This document shows positions 55,478 through 63,357 of a stretch of 63,357 bases of DNA, piece after piece (positions within the stretch are counted from its first letter, which is position 1; every line of letters starts with the position of its first letter). The stretch is from a virus (lineage: Duplodnaviria > Caudoviricetes). The notes beneath the pieces are model-generated. The model was not told the DNA's origin. It saw only the letters and a program-made list of their open reading frames with translations, and searched no databases. The position numbers and the translations under genes are program-made. Location of the stretch: the IMG/VR virus record IMGVR_UViG_3300025000_000098, positions 1 through 63,357 of that record; one strand, 5' to 3'.

Positions 55478-56931
55478 TATTCAGCAGGGTCGTGCGTATA
55501 ATCATGGCTCTCGCTGATAGACTGGCCGAAGTGGACAGTCTGGGAAATCGACTCATTATGGTCAAACCCTTCACTCCTACTCTCACTGCCGTTGTAGCCC
55601 ATCGAAGCATTGACGTTGGTGGAACTGGCCATGGAGGCGACAACCTGCGTTGCAATCGTTGCCATGTCGTTCGACACACGCTCTTTAAGTAAAGCCTCTG
55701 TTTTGTAACCTTCAATGGAGTTGTCAATCTTGGCGATGATTGCTCGCATCTCGACCTCAGCCTTGGCAACCAGGGCTTTATTGTTCTCCACGACGACCAT
55801 CTTGTCAGCGTTCAAGGCTTTGGTTTCTGCCTCGTAACCGCGAATCTCAGCATCGTACACACTGACTATGGCGTCATTGGCCTTCGCCTGTGCGCCGACG
55901 AGGGTTTCATACACATCCGCCTGCGCTGCGTAGACCTGAACAAGCCCCTTGTTGTATTCGACAGCTCCCTGGAGTGCTGAAACCTGCGCCTCGATATAGA
56001 TCTTGGTGGCTTCCATCTCTCCGAGGTAAGCGCGGACCTGCTCGGCAAACTTCTGAAGGATGAACTGAACCTGAGATTTTTCCTTGTCGAGTTTGCGGTT
56101 CGACTCTGCGTCGCGGGAATCGCGCAGCATCTTTTCAAGCCCTGCTGCCTGCTCAATGATGAATTGCGAGTTCTTTTGGGCGAGGTCGGCTTGTTCCTTC
56201 ATGATGGTGGTGTTGAGGTCTGCCGTCTTGCGCTGCCGCTCGTTGAGGTGTTCTGCCAGTCTGGCGGCAAAGGCTCCGGTCGGAAGATCAAACCCGCGAG
56301 AACTGAAATATTCCTCAATCTCTTCCTGTGCTTTGTCGTCCTCGATTGCCTGCCGTGTCAATGCCCTGTCGAAGATCTCCTCTTCAACCGCTGCGTCAAG
56401 ACCGGTCGCTCCCGTGGTGAGGTCTGCCGTAATTCTGGCCACAAGAAGGTCATACAAAGTGCTGGACAGTGGTATCTCTGACCAATTGATTGTTGTGGTG
56501 ATACTGGATTCGGGAGCGGTAATCAGCGCGAGGGCGCTTGTATCAATGGTCGGCAGGGCAATAGGCACAGGCGCAGTCGCAGTGAATGGCGGGAACGATG
56601 TGTCCACCCCGTCAAGGTCTGCGGTCGGAGGCGATACACCCGCCGTGGGAGTTGTGGTATCAATGTCAATCGTCAGCGTCGGCAGATCGGAAGGAAGGGC
56701 ATATGACTCGATCAAGCTCATCATTGTCCCGAGATACCCGGAGTTCCCGTCAGTCCCGCTCAGCTTGACAAGATATTCCTCGGCCACTTCCATCGTCCTG
56801 TCAAACTTTTCATTGATCAGGGTATAGGGAGCGGACGGAGTGACAGCAGGCCACGGAGTGTGGATACCTCCTACGTCCCCGGATGTCCTGGGGTCAATTG
56901 GAACTATTGCATTTGATTCAGTAAATGCCAT
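55477..56931 (-). CDS. Coiled-coil virion protein
   Basis: 484 aa, SRGF.LP.G motif then long heptad region. Confidence 0.7.
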   Translation of the reverse strand: MAFTESNAIVPIDPRTSGDVGGIHTPWPAVTPSAPYTLINEKFDRTMEVAEEYLVKLSGTDGNSGYLGTMMSLIESYALPSDLPTLTIDIDTTTPTAGVSPPTADLDGVDTSFPPFTATAPVPIALPTIDTSALALITAPESSITTTINWSEIPLSSTLYDLLVARITADLTTGATGLDAAVEEEIFDRALTRQAIEDDKAQEEIEEYFSSRGFDLPTGAFAARLAEHLNERQRKTADLNTTIMKEQADLAQKNSQFIIEQAAGLEKMLRDSRDAESNRKLDKEKSQVQFILQKFAEQVRAYLGEMEATKIYIEAQVSALQGAVEYNKGLVQVYAAQADVYETLVGAQAKANDAIVSVYDAEIRGYEAETKALNADKMVVVENNKALVAKAEVEMRAIIAKIDNSIEGYKTEALLKERVSNDMATIATQVVASMASSTNVNASMGYNGSESRSEGFDHNESISQTVHFGQSISESHDYTHDPAE

Positions 56932-56932
56932 A

Positions 56933-57859
56933 TCACCACACCGAATTAATTACGTTGTGACCATCAACGACCGTTGCACCCTGCGTCCCGGTCGGATAGT
57001 AGAGTTTGTTCTTCGTCACCACTTTTATCTCACCATCAGGAGTGCCGATACATTTCCCCTCGTTGCTCGACCATGTGGCGCACAGTCCGGGTATCTGAAG
57101 ATATGTGTCTGAGTAATCCGTCAACTCGATGTTCTCCGAGAACTCATGCGCCGGGAAAGATGATTTCTTGACCCATTTCATCGCCTCAAATTTCCCTTCG
57201 TCTGCGATAAACCCGGTCTTCTCTGAGTCGGAAACCCATACTCCGTTCTCAACAGGTTTCATCATCAGGATATTGGAATTAAACTGGAAGAACCTCCGCG
57301 CCATGTTGAACTTGCCAAAGGCAAACGGTTCTGACGGGAAGATTACATTATTGACCGCAATCCACATCCGGCCCTTGAAGACACAGATCTTGTTGCTGTA
57401 AGGAGCGGGGTAGAAAACCCGTTGTGTCGGTGCCCCTCTGTGAGTGTACCCCGGCCAATCACCGTTAGTGCCATCCTCAATAACGCCACGCGCTGAAAGG
57501 CTCGACCAGTAGGTTTTATCACCTGCCTGCCAGAATCCGATCCGCTGTCCCTTGACCAGTCCTGACACAACCGGAGTTGCGGGAACAGAAGCGTCTGGGT
57601 TGAGTTGGAATATAGCCGCGTCACTGGTTCGCTGCTGCACCTGGAACGCAGCCGCCTTGTCACACCAGACCTGCGAAGGTACCGCCGAAATTTTCGTCTG
57701 CCCAAGCCTACTCGATAGCCGGCCGGTGTCGTCGATAACAACATTGACAGCTTCGGCCAGTTCTCGCTGCCCGCCCTCCGGATCGAACTTGAGCCGAACA
57801 GTGTCGACGACATTGTTCAGCCCGGGAGTGCCTGTGAATATTGTATAGGGGTTTCTCAC
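56933..57859 (-). CDS. Tail structural protein (nozzle-like)
   Basis: Follows adaptor; GLNN, AVNV.ID..G motifs. Confidence 0.65.
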   Translation of the reverse strand: MRNPYTIFTGTPGLNNVVDTVRLKFDPEGGQRELAEAVNVVIDDTGRLSSRLGQTKISAVPSQVWCDKAAAFQVQQRTSDAAIFQLNPDASVPATPVVSGLVKGQRIGFWQAGDKTYWSSLSARGVIEDGTNGDWPGYTHRGAPTQRVFYPAPYSNKICVFKGRMWIAVNNVIFPSEPFAFGKFNMARRFFQFNSNILMMKPVENGVWVSDSEKTGFIADEGKFEAMKWVKKSSFPAHEFSENIELTDYSDTYLQIPGLCATWSSNEGKCIGTPDGEIKVVTKNKLYYPTGTQGATVVDGHNVINSVW

Positions 57860-58557
57860 GTCCTGTACGCCGGGCTGGTCCCGACCCTCGTGTCGAGATT
57901 ATGCCCTCTGCGAAAGGCAGTGATGCCGTCGGCGACGTAGCCCATGAAGGATTTGAGATGATCCTGCGACTTCACTTTGTCCTGTGAGTCGAGGTCGTGA
58001 TGGATGAGCGCCTTATGGGCTGCCCACTCGATACAGGCTCGTTGGAACCTGGACGGTATTTCAGGTGCAGCCGGCGGGGTTTCCCCCTCTTCGGGCACGG
58101 CTCCGTCGCCGGCAAGGTCGTAGAGACTGTAGCGCCAGACCTGCAGCACGAGGACTCGACCGTTCTCGACCGAAGTAGGGGTAGGTGAGATCTTGACGAT
58201 TCCCGTCTCCACATCGGTGGCCCACAACGTTGGGGGTCCGGTAGCCTCGGTGTTGAATGGAAAACCAGAGTCGTACTGCGTTACATCGCTGCCGGTCAGG
58301 ACCTTTCCCAGCTTGCGCAGCCCATCCCAAATATCGAGTATCTGGATGATACGGTCAGGGATGGGGTAGACGGCAACACCGGTTTGGAGCGTCAGCGTGA
58401 AGTTGGAGATGTCACGGAAATAACCGGTCTCTTCGCAGAACTTATCCTGCCCTTCAGACAGATAGCCCTCGAGAGTGGTGTCGGTCCAGGAGCTGTAAGT
58501 AATGTTCGACTCCCCCAGCACCATCTTCAATTCTGCCAACATCTCCGCTCTGGTCAT
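57856..58557 (-). CDS. Head-tail adaptor protein
   Basis: WTD..L..YLSEGQ, G.P..W, PEIP..F motifs; synteny. Confidence 0.7.
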   Translation of the reverse strand: MTRAEMLAELKMVLGESNITYSSWTDTTLEGYLSEGQDKFCEETGYFRDISNFTLTLQTGVAVYPIPDRIIQILDIWDGLRKLGKVLTGSDVTQYDSGFPFNTEATGPPTLWATDVETGIVKISPTPTSVENGRVLVLQVWRYSLYDLAGDGAVPEEGETPPAAPEIPSRFQRACIEWAAHKALIHHDLDSQDKVKSQDHLKSFMGYVADGITAFRRGHNLDTRVGTSPAYRT

Positions 58558-58558
58558 C

Positions 58559-58981
58559 TTATGCGCGTCTCCAAGGGATAGCGGAATAATGCCGAATGAC
58601 TTCCTCCGGCTCGCCGGTGATCTTGTTCTTGCGATGTTCGACGTTGGTCATCAGGCAGGTCTCAAGAACGGCCACGACTTCCCGAGGCACCATGACCGGC
58701 ACGCCCCGCTTGATCTGGTACACTTTGCCGTTGACCCCGACAACCTCGTAATTGTTCAGGCCTGGGACCTCGTCGATGATGATGCGGGTCTTCGGACTGA
58801 CAGGTACTTCCTCCGGAATCTCGTCCTCTTCTACTTCCTCAACTTCCTCGACTACCGGTACGCTCCTGACAGCTTTCTTTTTAGCTTTGGAAGCTTTCGG
58901 TGGTACGGCCTCTAGTTTTGTATCGAGGTCATCGTTCAATCCAAGGTCTGATCCAAGGTCAAATTCATCATTTACAGACAT
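58559..58981 (-). CDS. Hypothetical head-module protein
   Basis: VGVNG..YQIKRG..V.VP motif; RBS AGGAG. Confidence 0.7.
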   Translation of the reverse strand: MSVNDEFDLGSDLGLNDDLDTKLEAVPPKASKAKKKAVRSVPVVEEVEEVEEDEIPEEVPVSPKTRIIIDEVPGLNNYEVVGVNGKVYQIKRGVPVMVPREVVAVLETCLMTNVEHRKNKITGEPEEVIRHYSAIPWRRA

Positions 58982-59027
58982 GCGGTTCTCCTGAAAGTTA
59001 TTGGCTGGGAGTAAGTAAAGTTCAACT

Positions 59028-59053
59028 GAAGGGAGGGATAAACTCCTCCCCTC
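59028..59053 (-). terminator. Hairpin, possible terminator
   Basis: GAGGGGAGG...CCTCCCTTC stem after the stop at 59062. Confidence 0.45.
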
Positions 59054-59061
59054 TGTTCAAC

Positions 59062-59679
59062 CTACGCGAGACCCCAGATTTCGAGCAAGAACCTGCCGGC
59101 GGTGTAGGTGGCTGCAGTGCCTGCCGCTCCGCCAGTAAGGTAGAGATACTTGTTGGCTGCCACATCGACGAGCAGCGGCTTGGTTGCGCCGAGGGTCCAT
59201 GCTCCGCCGGAAGTGACAAGGGCGGTCTCTACCAAGTCTGTAACAAGCCCATTATACGCTCCTGTGCCTTCAGTAGCGGCATACAGATCGATGTCGGTAA
59301 CACCTCCAGTTGGAACTTCGAGGCAGGTCAGCTTGCCGCCCATGTACGTGCCGTTCACAGCAGCAGTGAATTGACCAATATGTGACACCCCGCTCGTTCC
59401 GATGATGTCGAGGTCAGTCGTCGAAGACGCGGCCCCGGTCAGATCGATGACGATGGAAGTCTTGATGAGACTGCCTTCACGGATTACTGAACTCTCGTAC
59501 ACCGTGCCGGTGCCGAGGAAGCCTGCCCCCGGAGCCATAGCCTCCTGGGCGGAAAGATCGGCGGCGTAGTTAAGCTCGGCTACTGTGGCGTTCAATCCGG
59601 CAACGGCAGGGAATCCTCCGCCGGCGGTCTCAATGTTCTCTGTGACGACTCGCATCGTCCGTACTTCTTGTCTACTCAT
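59062..59679 (-). CDS. Virion structural protein (head fibre or decoration)
   Basis: Gly/Ala/Thr-rich, ATVAELN motif. Confidence 0.6.
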   Translation of the reverse strand: MSRQEVRTMRVVTENIETAGGGFPAVAGLNATVAELNYAADLSAQEAMAPGAGFLGTGTVYESSVIREGSLIKTSIVIDLTGAASSTTDLDIIGTSGVSHIGQFTAAVNGTYMGGKLTCLEVPTGGVTDIDLYAATEGTGAYNGLVTDLVETALVTSGGAWTLGATKPLLVDVAANKYLYLTGGAAGTAATYTAGRFLLEIWGLA

Positions 59680-59721
59680 TGTCGTTCTCCATCAGGTAGT
59701 TATGCCCGCCTGAACAGGCTG

Positions 59722-60021
59722 TTAGCGGATTGCCAACCAGTACACAACATCGGCCGCGGTGTCGCAGATATCGGTGCCGAGGGTGAACCCATTACTCGTA
59801 AGGGTGATCGCCCCGGCAGCGTTGAGGGAAAGCTCGGTGGCGGTGTCGAACGAGGTACCGTCTGCCATGCCGTCCCAGTGCTCGTAGGTCACGACGTTAT
59901 TGACATTTACCGCCCGGACATAACGAGGCGCCCATCCGAGAGTGACGGTGACTGCTGCAGCCGGGTTGGCTACAGTGATCGTTCCGACTTTTTGCATCTG
60001 ATCTGCATAATCAAGGGCCAT
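59722..60021 (-). CDS. Capsid decoration-like protein
   Basis: 99 aa, LGW.PRYV motif, downstream of major capsid gene. Confidence 0.6.
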   Translation of the reverse strand: MALDYADQMQKVGTITVANPAAAVTVTLGWAPRYVRAVNVNNVVTYEHWDGMADGTSFDTATELSLNAAGAITLTSNGFTLGTDICDTAADVVYWLAIR

Positions 60022-60036
60022 GGTAAAATCCTCCTA

Positions 60037-60633
60037 CTATTTTTTAGTTCGCCTGATGGCGTTGTGCAATCTTTTGTGGTCCCCGTCAGTCATGACTTCT
60101 AGATTGCTGGGATCGTTGTTCTTCCTGTCCTCGTCCTTGTGGTGAGCCACATATCCGGGACGAAGATAAAGCTGTCCGCCCATATTAACAAGCGCCGGAG
60201 ATCTCGGGTAGTTTTCTCTAAGGTGCCTTTCAGCCACAAGCCTATGCTGCAGCACATAGCCCTTAGAAGAAAACGGGTGCCCTGGGCACTTCTCGTAGAG
60301 GTACCCGTCGCAATGCTGCGAAATACCTCCAGCCCACATTGCGTTTTTACTGCCTTTGTGCCGGTCTGCCTTATCCTGCAGATGTGACCCGTGTGACTCC
60401 ATGCAAGAAACGGAACAGTACACTCGCCTACCCGCGTGGCTCGCGTGCTCGAAGAAAGTAACTCCGCAGTGTTTGCAGACAACTGCGACCTTCGGTTTGG
60501 TAAGCATCTTTGCTCTGCCGATGACTGAGCATTCATGCCCACAGAACCTTGCTTCTTTTGCCCTGCTCGGCGGAACCCTGAACTCACTACCGCAAATTTC
60601 GCAAGACAATACTGCACCCCTAAACTTAGCCAT
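60037..60633 (-). CDS. HNH homing endonuclease with zinc-ribbon repeats
   Basis: Two C..CG..F...C...C repeats; YVLQHRLV, HHKDEDRKNNDPSNL..H...H. Confidence 0.9.
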   Translation of the reverse strand: MAKFRGAVLSCEICGSEFRVPPSRAKEARFCGHECSVIGRAKMLTKPKVAVVCKHCGVTFFEHASHAGRRVYCSVSCMESHGSHLQDKADRHKGSKNAMWAGGISQHCDGYLYEKCPGHPFSSKGYVLQHRLVAERHLRENYPRSPALVNMGGQLYLRPGYVAHHKDEDRKNNDPSNLEVMTDGDHKRLHNAIRRTKK

Positions 60634-60662
60634 GTGTATCCTCCTATAGTAGAATTTCCTCT

Positions 60663-60692
60663 ACTATACACGACTGGTTTAGGATTTGTCAA
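60663..60692 (-). promoter_or_regulatory. Promoter upstream of HNH gene
   Basis: TTGACA-18-TATAGT. Confidence 0.65.
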
Positions 60693-60728
60693 GTTACTCA
60701 TTGCGGTAGCCTCAGTAAAATCGCCTAA

Positions 60729-61730
60729 TTACAGCTCTGGGATGGCACACTCACAGCAAGCCATCCAAAGTTGTTGTAAAATCAGGGCTGCGAAGTAGGA
60801 TTTCCAGCCGATGTGGCCGCGCTGCCCGAGCTTGTCAGAGTCGCTGACAACGCCGGGGTTCTTGACGAACGGAGTCAGGGCGGTAACGCCCTTGAGCGGA
60901 GTGACGGCCGCACAGTTGGCTGCGATGTAGATCACCGGGTAAACATCGGAGTTGGTGCCGGTGGTGGAGATCATGGTCGTGCCGGACCCAGCCTTGGCTG
61001 CGCCAGCATCTGCCCAAGGGGTGAAGACGGTGGAGGTGAGATATCGCACCGGTCCAACAGAGCCGATCTCGGTCGGATAGGCGGTCATCGAGCCGTAGTC
61101 AACCACGTCCTTGAAGCCTGACATCTTCTGAATCACGTCCTCGAGGTCAGGATGGACAAAGCCGATGAACCCGGGCTTGACGTTGACGGTCTCCATCATC
61201 GCAGAAGACGACAGCTTCTTGGTGATGTTGCTGGCGTTCTGGCGCTTGAACCCGCGGGTGATCTTCTGCTGCAGGGTCTTGGTCAGGGTCGTGTTGACAT
61301 GCGCCCGCTCGGTGCCGGTGGCAAAATACCGGTTGGTGCCTGCTCGCATAACGTAGAACAGTTTGGTCTCAACAGAGAGAGCCGCCTGCTTGGCCAGGAT
61401 GTCGCTGTATTCCTTGATGACCGGATCTTCGTGGGTATCGGCCACGCGGTCGGTAATGCCTACCCAGTCGCCGATCTGCGCGAGGGTGGCCTGGTAATCG
61501 GTGCTGGTGATCGCGCTGCCGGGAGGAGTTACGCCCTCAGTAAGATCAGCAGTAGCTGCGGCAAGGGCTTCGTACCGGCGGAACTTGATGGTGTCCGAAG
61601 CGTTCTTCGGGATGGGTTTGGTCTGCAGGAAGGGCTGCATAACCAGATCGGGGTCGGCCCGCTCTAAAAGATCTACTGCAACATACCCTGCGGTTCGCAG
61701 TCCAATGTCACTTACTGTCTGGGTCGTCAT
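60729..61730 (-). CDS. Major capsid protein (N4-gp56-like)
   Basis: IKFRRY..L, LTEGVTP, EIGSV..VRY, DKLGQRG..GWK. Confidence 0.92.
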   Translation of the reverse strand: MTTQTVSDIGLRTAGYVAVDLLERADPDLVMQPFLQTKPIPKNASDTIKFRRYEALAAATADLTEGVTPPGSAITSTDYQATLAQIGDWVGITDRVADTHEDPVIKEYSDILAKQAALSVETKLFYVMRAGTNRYFATGTERAHVNTTLTKTLQQKITRGFKRQNASNITKKLSSSAMMETVNVKPGFIGFVHPDLEDVIQKMSGFKDVVDYGSMTAYPTEIGSVGPVRYLTSTVFTPWADAGAAKAGSGTTMISTTGTNSDVYPVIYIAANCAAVTPLKGVTALTPFVKNPGVVSDSDKLGQRGHIGWKSYFAALILQQLWMACCECAIPEL

Positions 61731-61748
61731 GGTTTCGTACCTCCGTTA

Positions 61749-62588
61749 TTAATGCTTGGTTGAGGCTGCGCGGAACGCTCCTTCGAAGTCGTTCTCGTCT
61801 ATGCCTCCCTTTTGTGCCACCTGCCGGGTACGAACTCCCTCTTGGGAGCGCAACTTACGTTCCTTAGTGGCTTTGGCCTCGGCATCTTCAGGCGGAGGGA
61901 GAGGAGGTACTTGTGCGCTACCAGTCTCCTTCTTGAAGATGTCGTATAACTTTATGGTTTGGGCTGCTGTGCCCTTATCAAGGACTGCGTTGTAGGAGTC
62001 CTGCAAAAACTCGGGCTGGGTCTTGACCCACTCTTCCACCTTGGGCAGAAGCTCTCCGGCGTCGCTGTGGGCTCCAAGCACCGCAGTCATGAACCGATCG
62101 TGGGCTACCGTCTGGGCTACGTTGATCGCAGGGGCGAAGCTCTGGGAGAGTTTGGTTTCAAGTTCGGCGATCTTCGCCATGAACTTATTCTCAACCTGAG
62201 CGATGGTTACTCGCTTGACGGAATCGAGGAGGGTGCGGATTTCGGGGAAATTGGCATTGACGCTGTCGAGCAGGACAGTCTCTTCCTCGGTGAACGCCTC
62301 GTCGGCCGTGACTACAGGCGCAGGCGGTTCGGGAGTAGGCTCTGGTTTGGCCGGCTCAGGAGGCGGAGGAGGTGCTACAACGACAGGATCAGGTTTGGCG
62401 GCCTCGACGACAGGAGGCTCCGGAACGACAGGGTCAAGTACGGGCGCAACCCCAGCATCCGAGAGGTCGGCACTTTCGGCCGGGGAGGTATCTTCAACTA
62501 CCGGCTCTTCAAGTCCGGCGGCGGCTTCGAAGGCCACTGCAAACTCGTCTTTTGTCAACCCGGTATCATCATTTACTTCTTCGGACAT
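61749..62588 (-). CDS. Scaffolding protein
   Basis: Acidic Pro-rich N-terminus, ends DFEGAF, directly upstream of capsid gene. Confidence 0.7.
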   Translation of the reverse strand: MSEEVNDDTGLTKDEFAVAFEAAAGLEEPVVEDTSPAESADLSDAGVAPVLDPVVPEPPVVEAAKPDPVVVAPPPPPEPAKPEPTPEPPAPVVTADEAFTEEETVLLDSVNANFPEIRTLLDSVKRVTIAQVENKFMAKIAELETKLSQSFAPAINVAQTVAHDRFMTAVLGAHSDAGELLPKVEEWVKTQPEFLQDSYNAVLDKGTAAQTIKLYDIFKKETGSAQVPPLPPPEDAEAKATKERKLRSQEGVRTRQVAQKGGIDENDFEGAFRAASTKH

Positions 62589-62610
62589 ATACTCCTCCTA
62601 GTTTGTTGGC

Positions 62611-62640
62611 ATAGTAACAAGAATATACATATATTGTCAA
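62611..62640 (-). promoter_or_regulatory. Late promoter with embedded 17-bp palindrome
   Basis: TTGACA-18-TACTAT with TGn; AGTAAC-aagaa-TATACA at 62613-62629. Confidence 0.7.
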
Positions 62641-62828
62641 CTAAAAAGTTGTAGCAATTCTTTACATTCTTTCGATCTTCCGCGGACTTGTTCCTGCTCC
62701 GAGGATTCCAGCTTATCCCTGTACCTCTCCCGCCTGATGGAGAAGAGTTCACTATAGAGCATGGACACCTCAGATTGCTTGTAAGCCCTTAACAATTCTA
62801 TAATATCTGCTTCTCGGTTGTCGCTCAT
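62637..62828 (-). CDS. Small head-module protein
   Basis: RBS AAGGAG; 63 aa helical. Confidence 0.65.
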   Translation of the reverse strand: MSDNREADIIELLRAYKQSEVSMLYSELFSIRRERYRDKLESSEQEQVRGRSKECKELLQLFS

Positions 62829-63010
62829 GCTTTCTCCTTTGCTCGCTTCGCCTTCGCTTGCTCCCACATCGCCTGCACCTCTTCGAGGCTTATACCTTTG
62901 CCCGGGTTCATGCACTCTGACAGCCAAGACAGTGCCTTCAGCCCGTTATATGTTCCATCCGGGTTCTGTGCGGCTTCACCGAGAGTCTTTGCTTTTCTTT
63001 GGTCATTCAT
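62825..63010 (-). CDS. Hypothetical protein
   Basis: Coupled ORF. Confidence 0.55.
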   Translation of the reverse strand: MNDQRKAKTLGEAAQNPDGTYNGLKALSWLSECMNPGKGISLEEVQAMWEQAKAKRAKEKA

Positions 63011-63015
63011 AACCT

Positions 63016-63357
63016 TTACCACTCAGCGTTTTTCATACGAGTAGTTTCAGTACCTTTCTGAATAGTCAAATTGTACCCGTAGTCATGACAAACCAGAAAT
63101 TCTTTACCGTTTTCCTTACTACGCGCCATCCCCCAATTATCCAGTTTTACATCGGTAAACCACGCTGGGATCTTACCGAGCAATTCAGTAGTAGACGGCT
63201 GACGAGTACGCTCTTGGATCAATACTCTCCCATTTTCACTTATGTATTTACATTCAGCAAACCACCGGGGCGCTTTAGTGCCAACGACACTTCTCCAAAT
63301 CAGCATCTCCATAACATTCTGGAACATTCCGGATTCATGCTCTACCTTAACTACGTA
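63016..63357 (-). CDS. Minimal protein-kinase-like protein, 3' part
   Basis: LIQER hinge, DVKLDN catalytic loop, HDYG (DFG-like). Confidence 0.8.
   Translation of the reverse strand, partial: YVVKVEHESGMFQNVMEMLIWRSVVGTKAPRWFAECKYISENGRVLIQERTRQPSTTELLGKIPAWFTDVKLDNWGMARSKENGKEFLVCHDYGYNLTIQKGTETTRMKNAEW
63193..63357. repeat. Terminal direct repeat, right copy
   Basis: Matches 1-165 with one mismatch. Confidence 0.97.

Noticed and set aside
60099-60701. 200-aa alternative-frame ORF over the HNH gene
   Set aside because: No motifs and no RBS; the HNH frame has both

Overview
The window is an apparently complete, circularly permuted tailed-phage genome of about 63.2 kb. Bases 1-165 repeat at 63193-63357 with one mismatch. 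The minus strand carries the late arm: terS-like gene, a block of exported and fibre-like proteins, lysis genes, terL, portal, a minimal kinase gene split by the window ends, scaffold, N4-gp56-type major capsid, podovirus-type tail genes and a 2219-aa polyvalent protein. The plus strand carries the early and replication arm: micro-ORFs, denV, XRE regulators, family A DNA polymerase, Cas4-like nuclease, VRR-NUC, intein-containing SNF2 helicase, SSB-like protein, primase-helicase, ThyX and MazG-like protein. I saw no integrase, reverse transcriptase, CRISPR array or tRNA. Main unexplained signals: (1) a 17-bp palindrome, WGTAWM-N5-KWTACW, at about 14 mostly promoter or intergenic sites and clustered at a likely origin; (2) three consecutive fibre-like genes with Sec signal peptides, next to lipoproteins and a papain-like protease; (3) a 152-aa kinase in the head module; (4) two tandem ADP-ribosyltransferase-like domains in the polyvalent protein; (5) denV split by an in-frame TAA; (6) a chain of coupled micro-ORFs missed by the ORF track. 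All family assignments come from reading motifs by eye, not from database searches.
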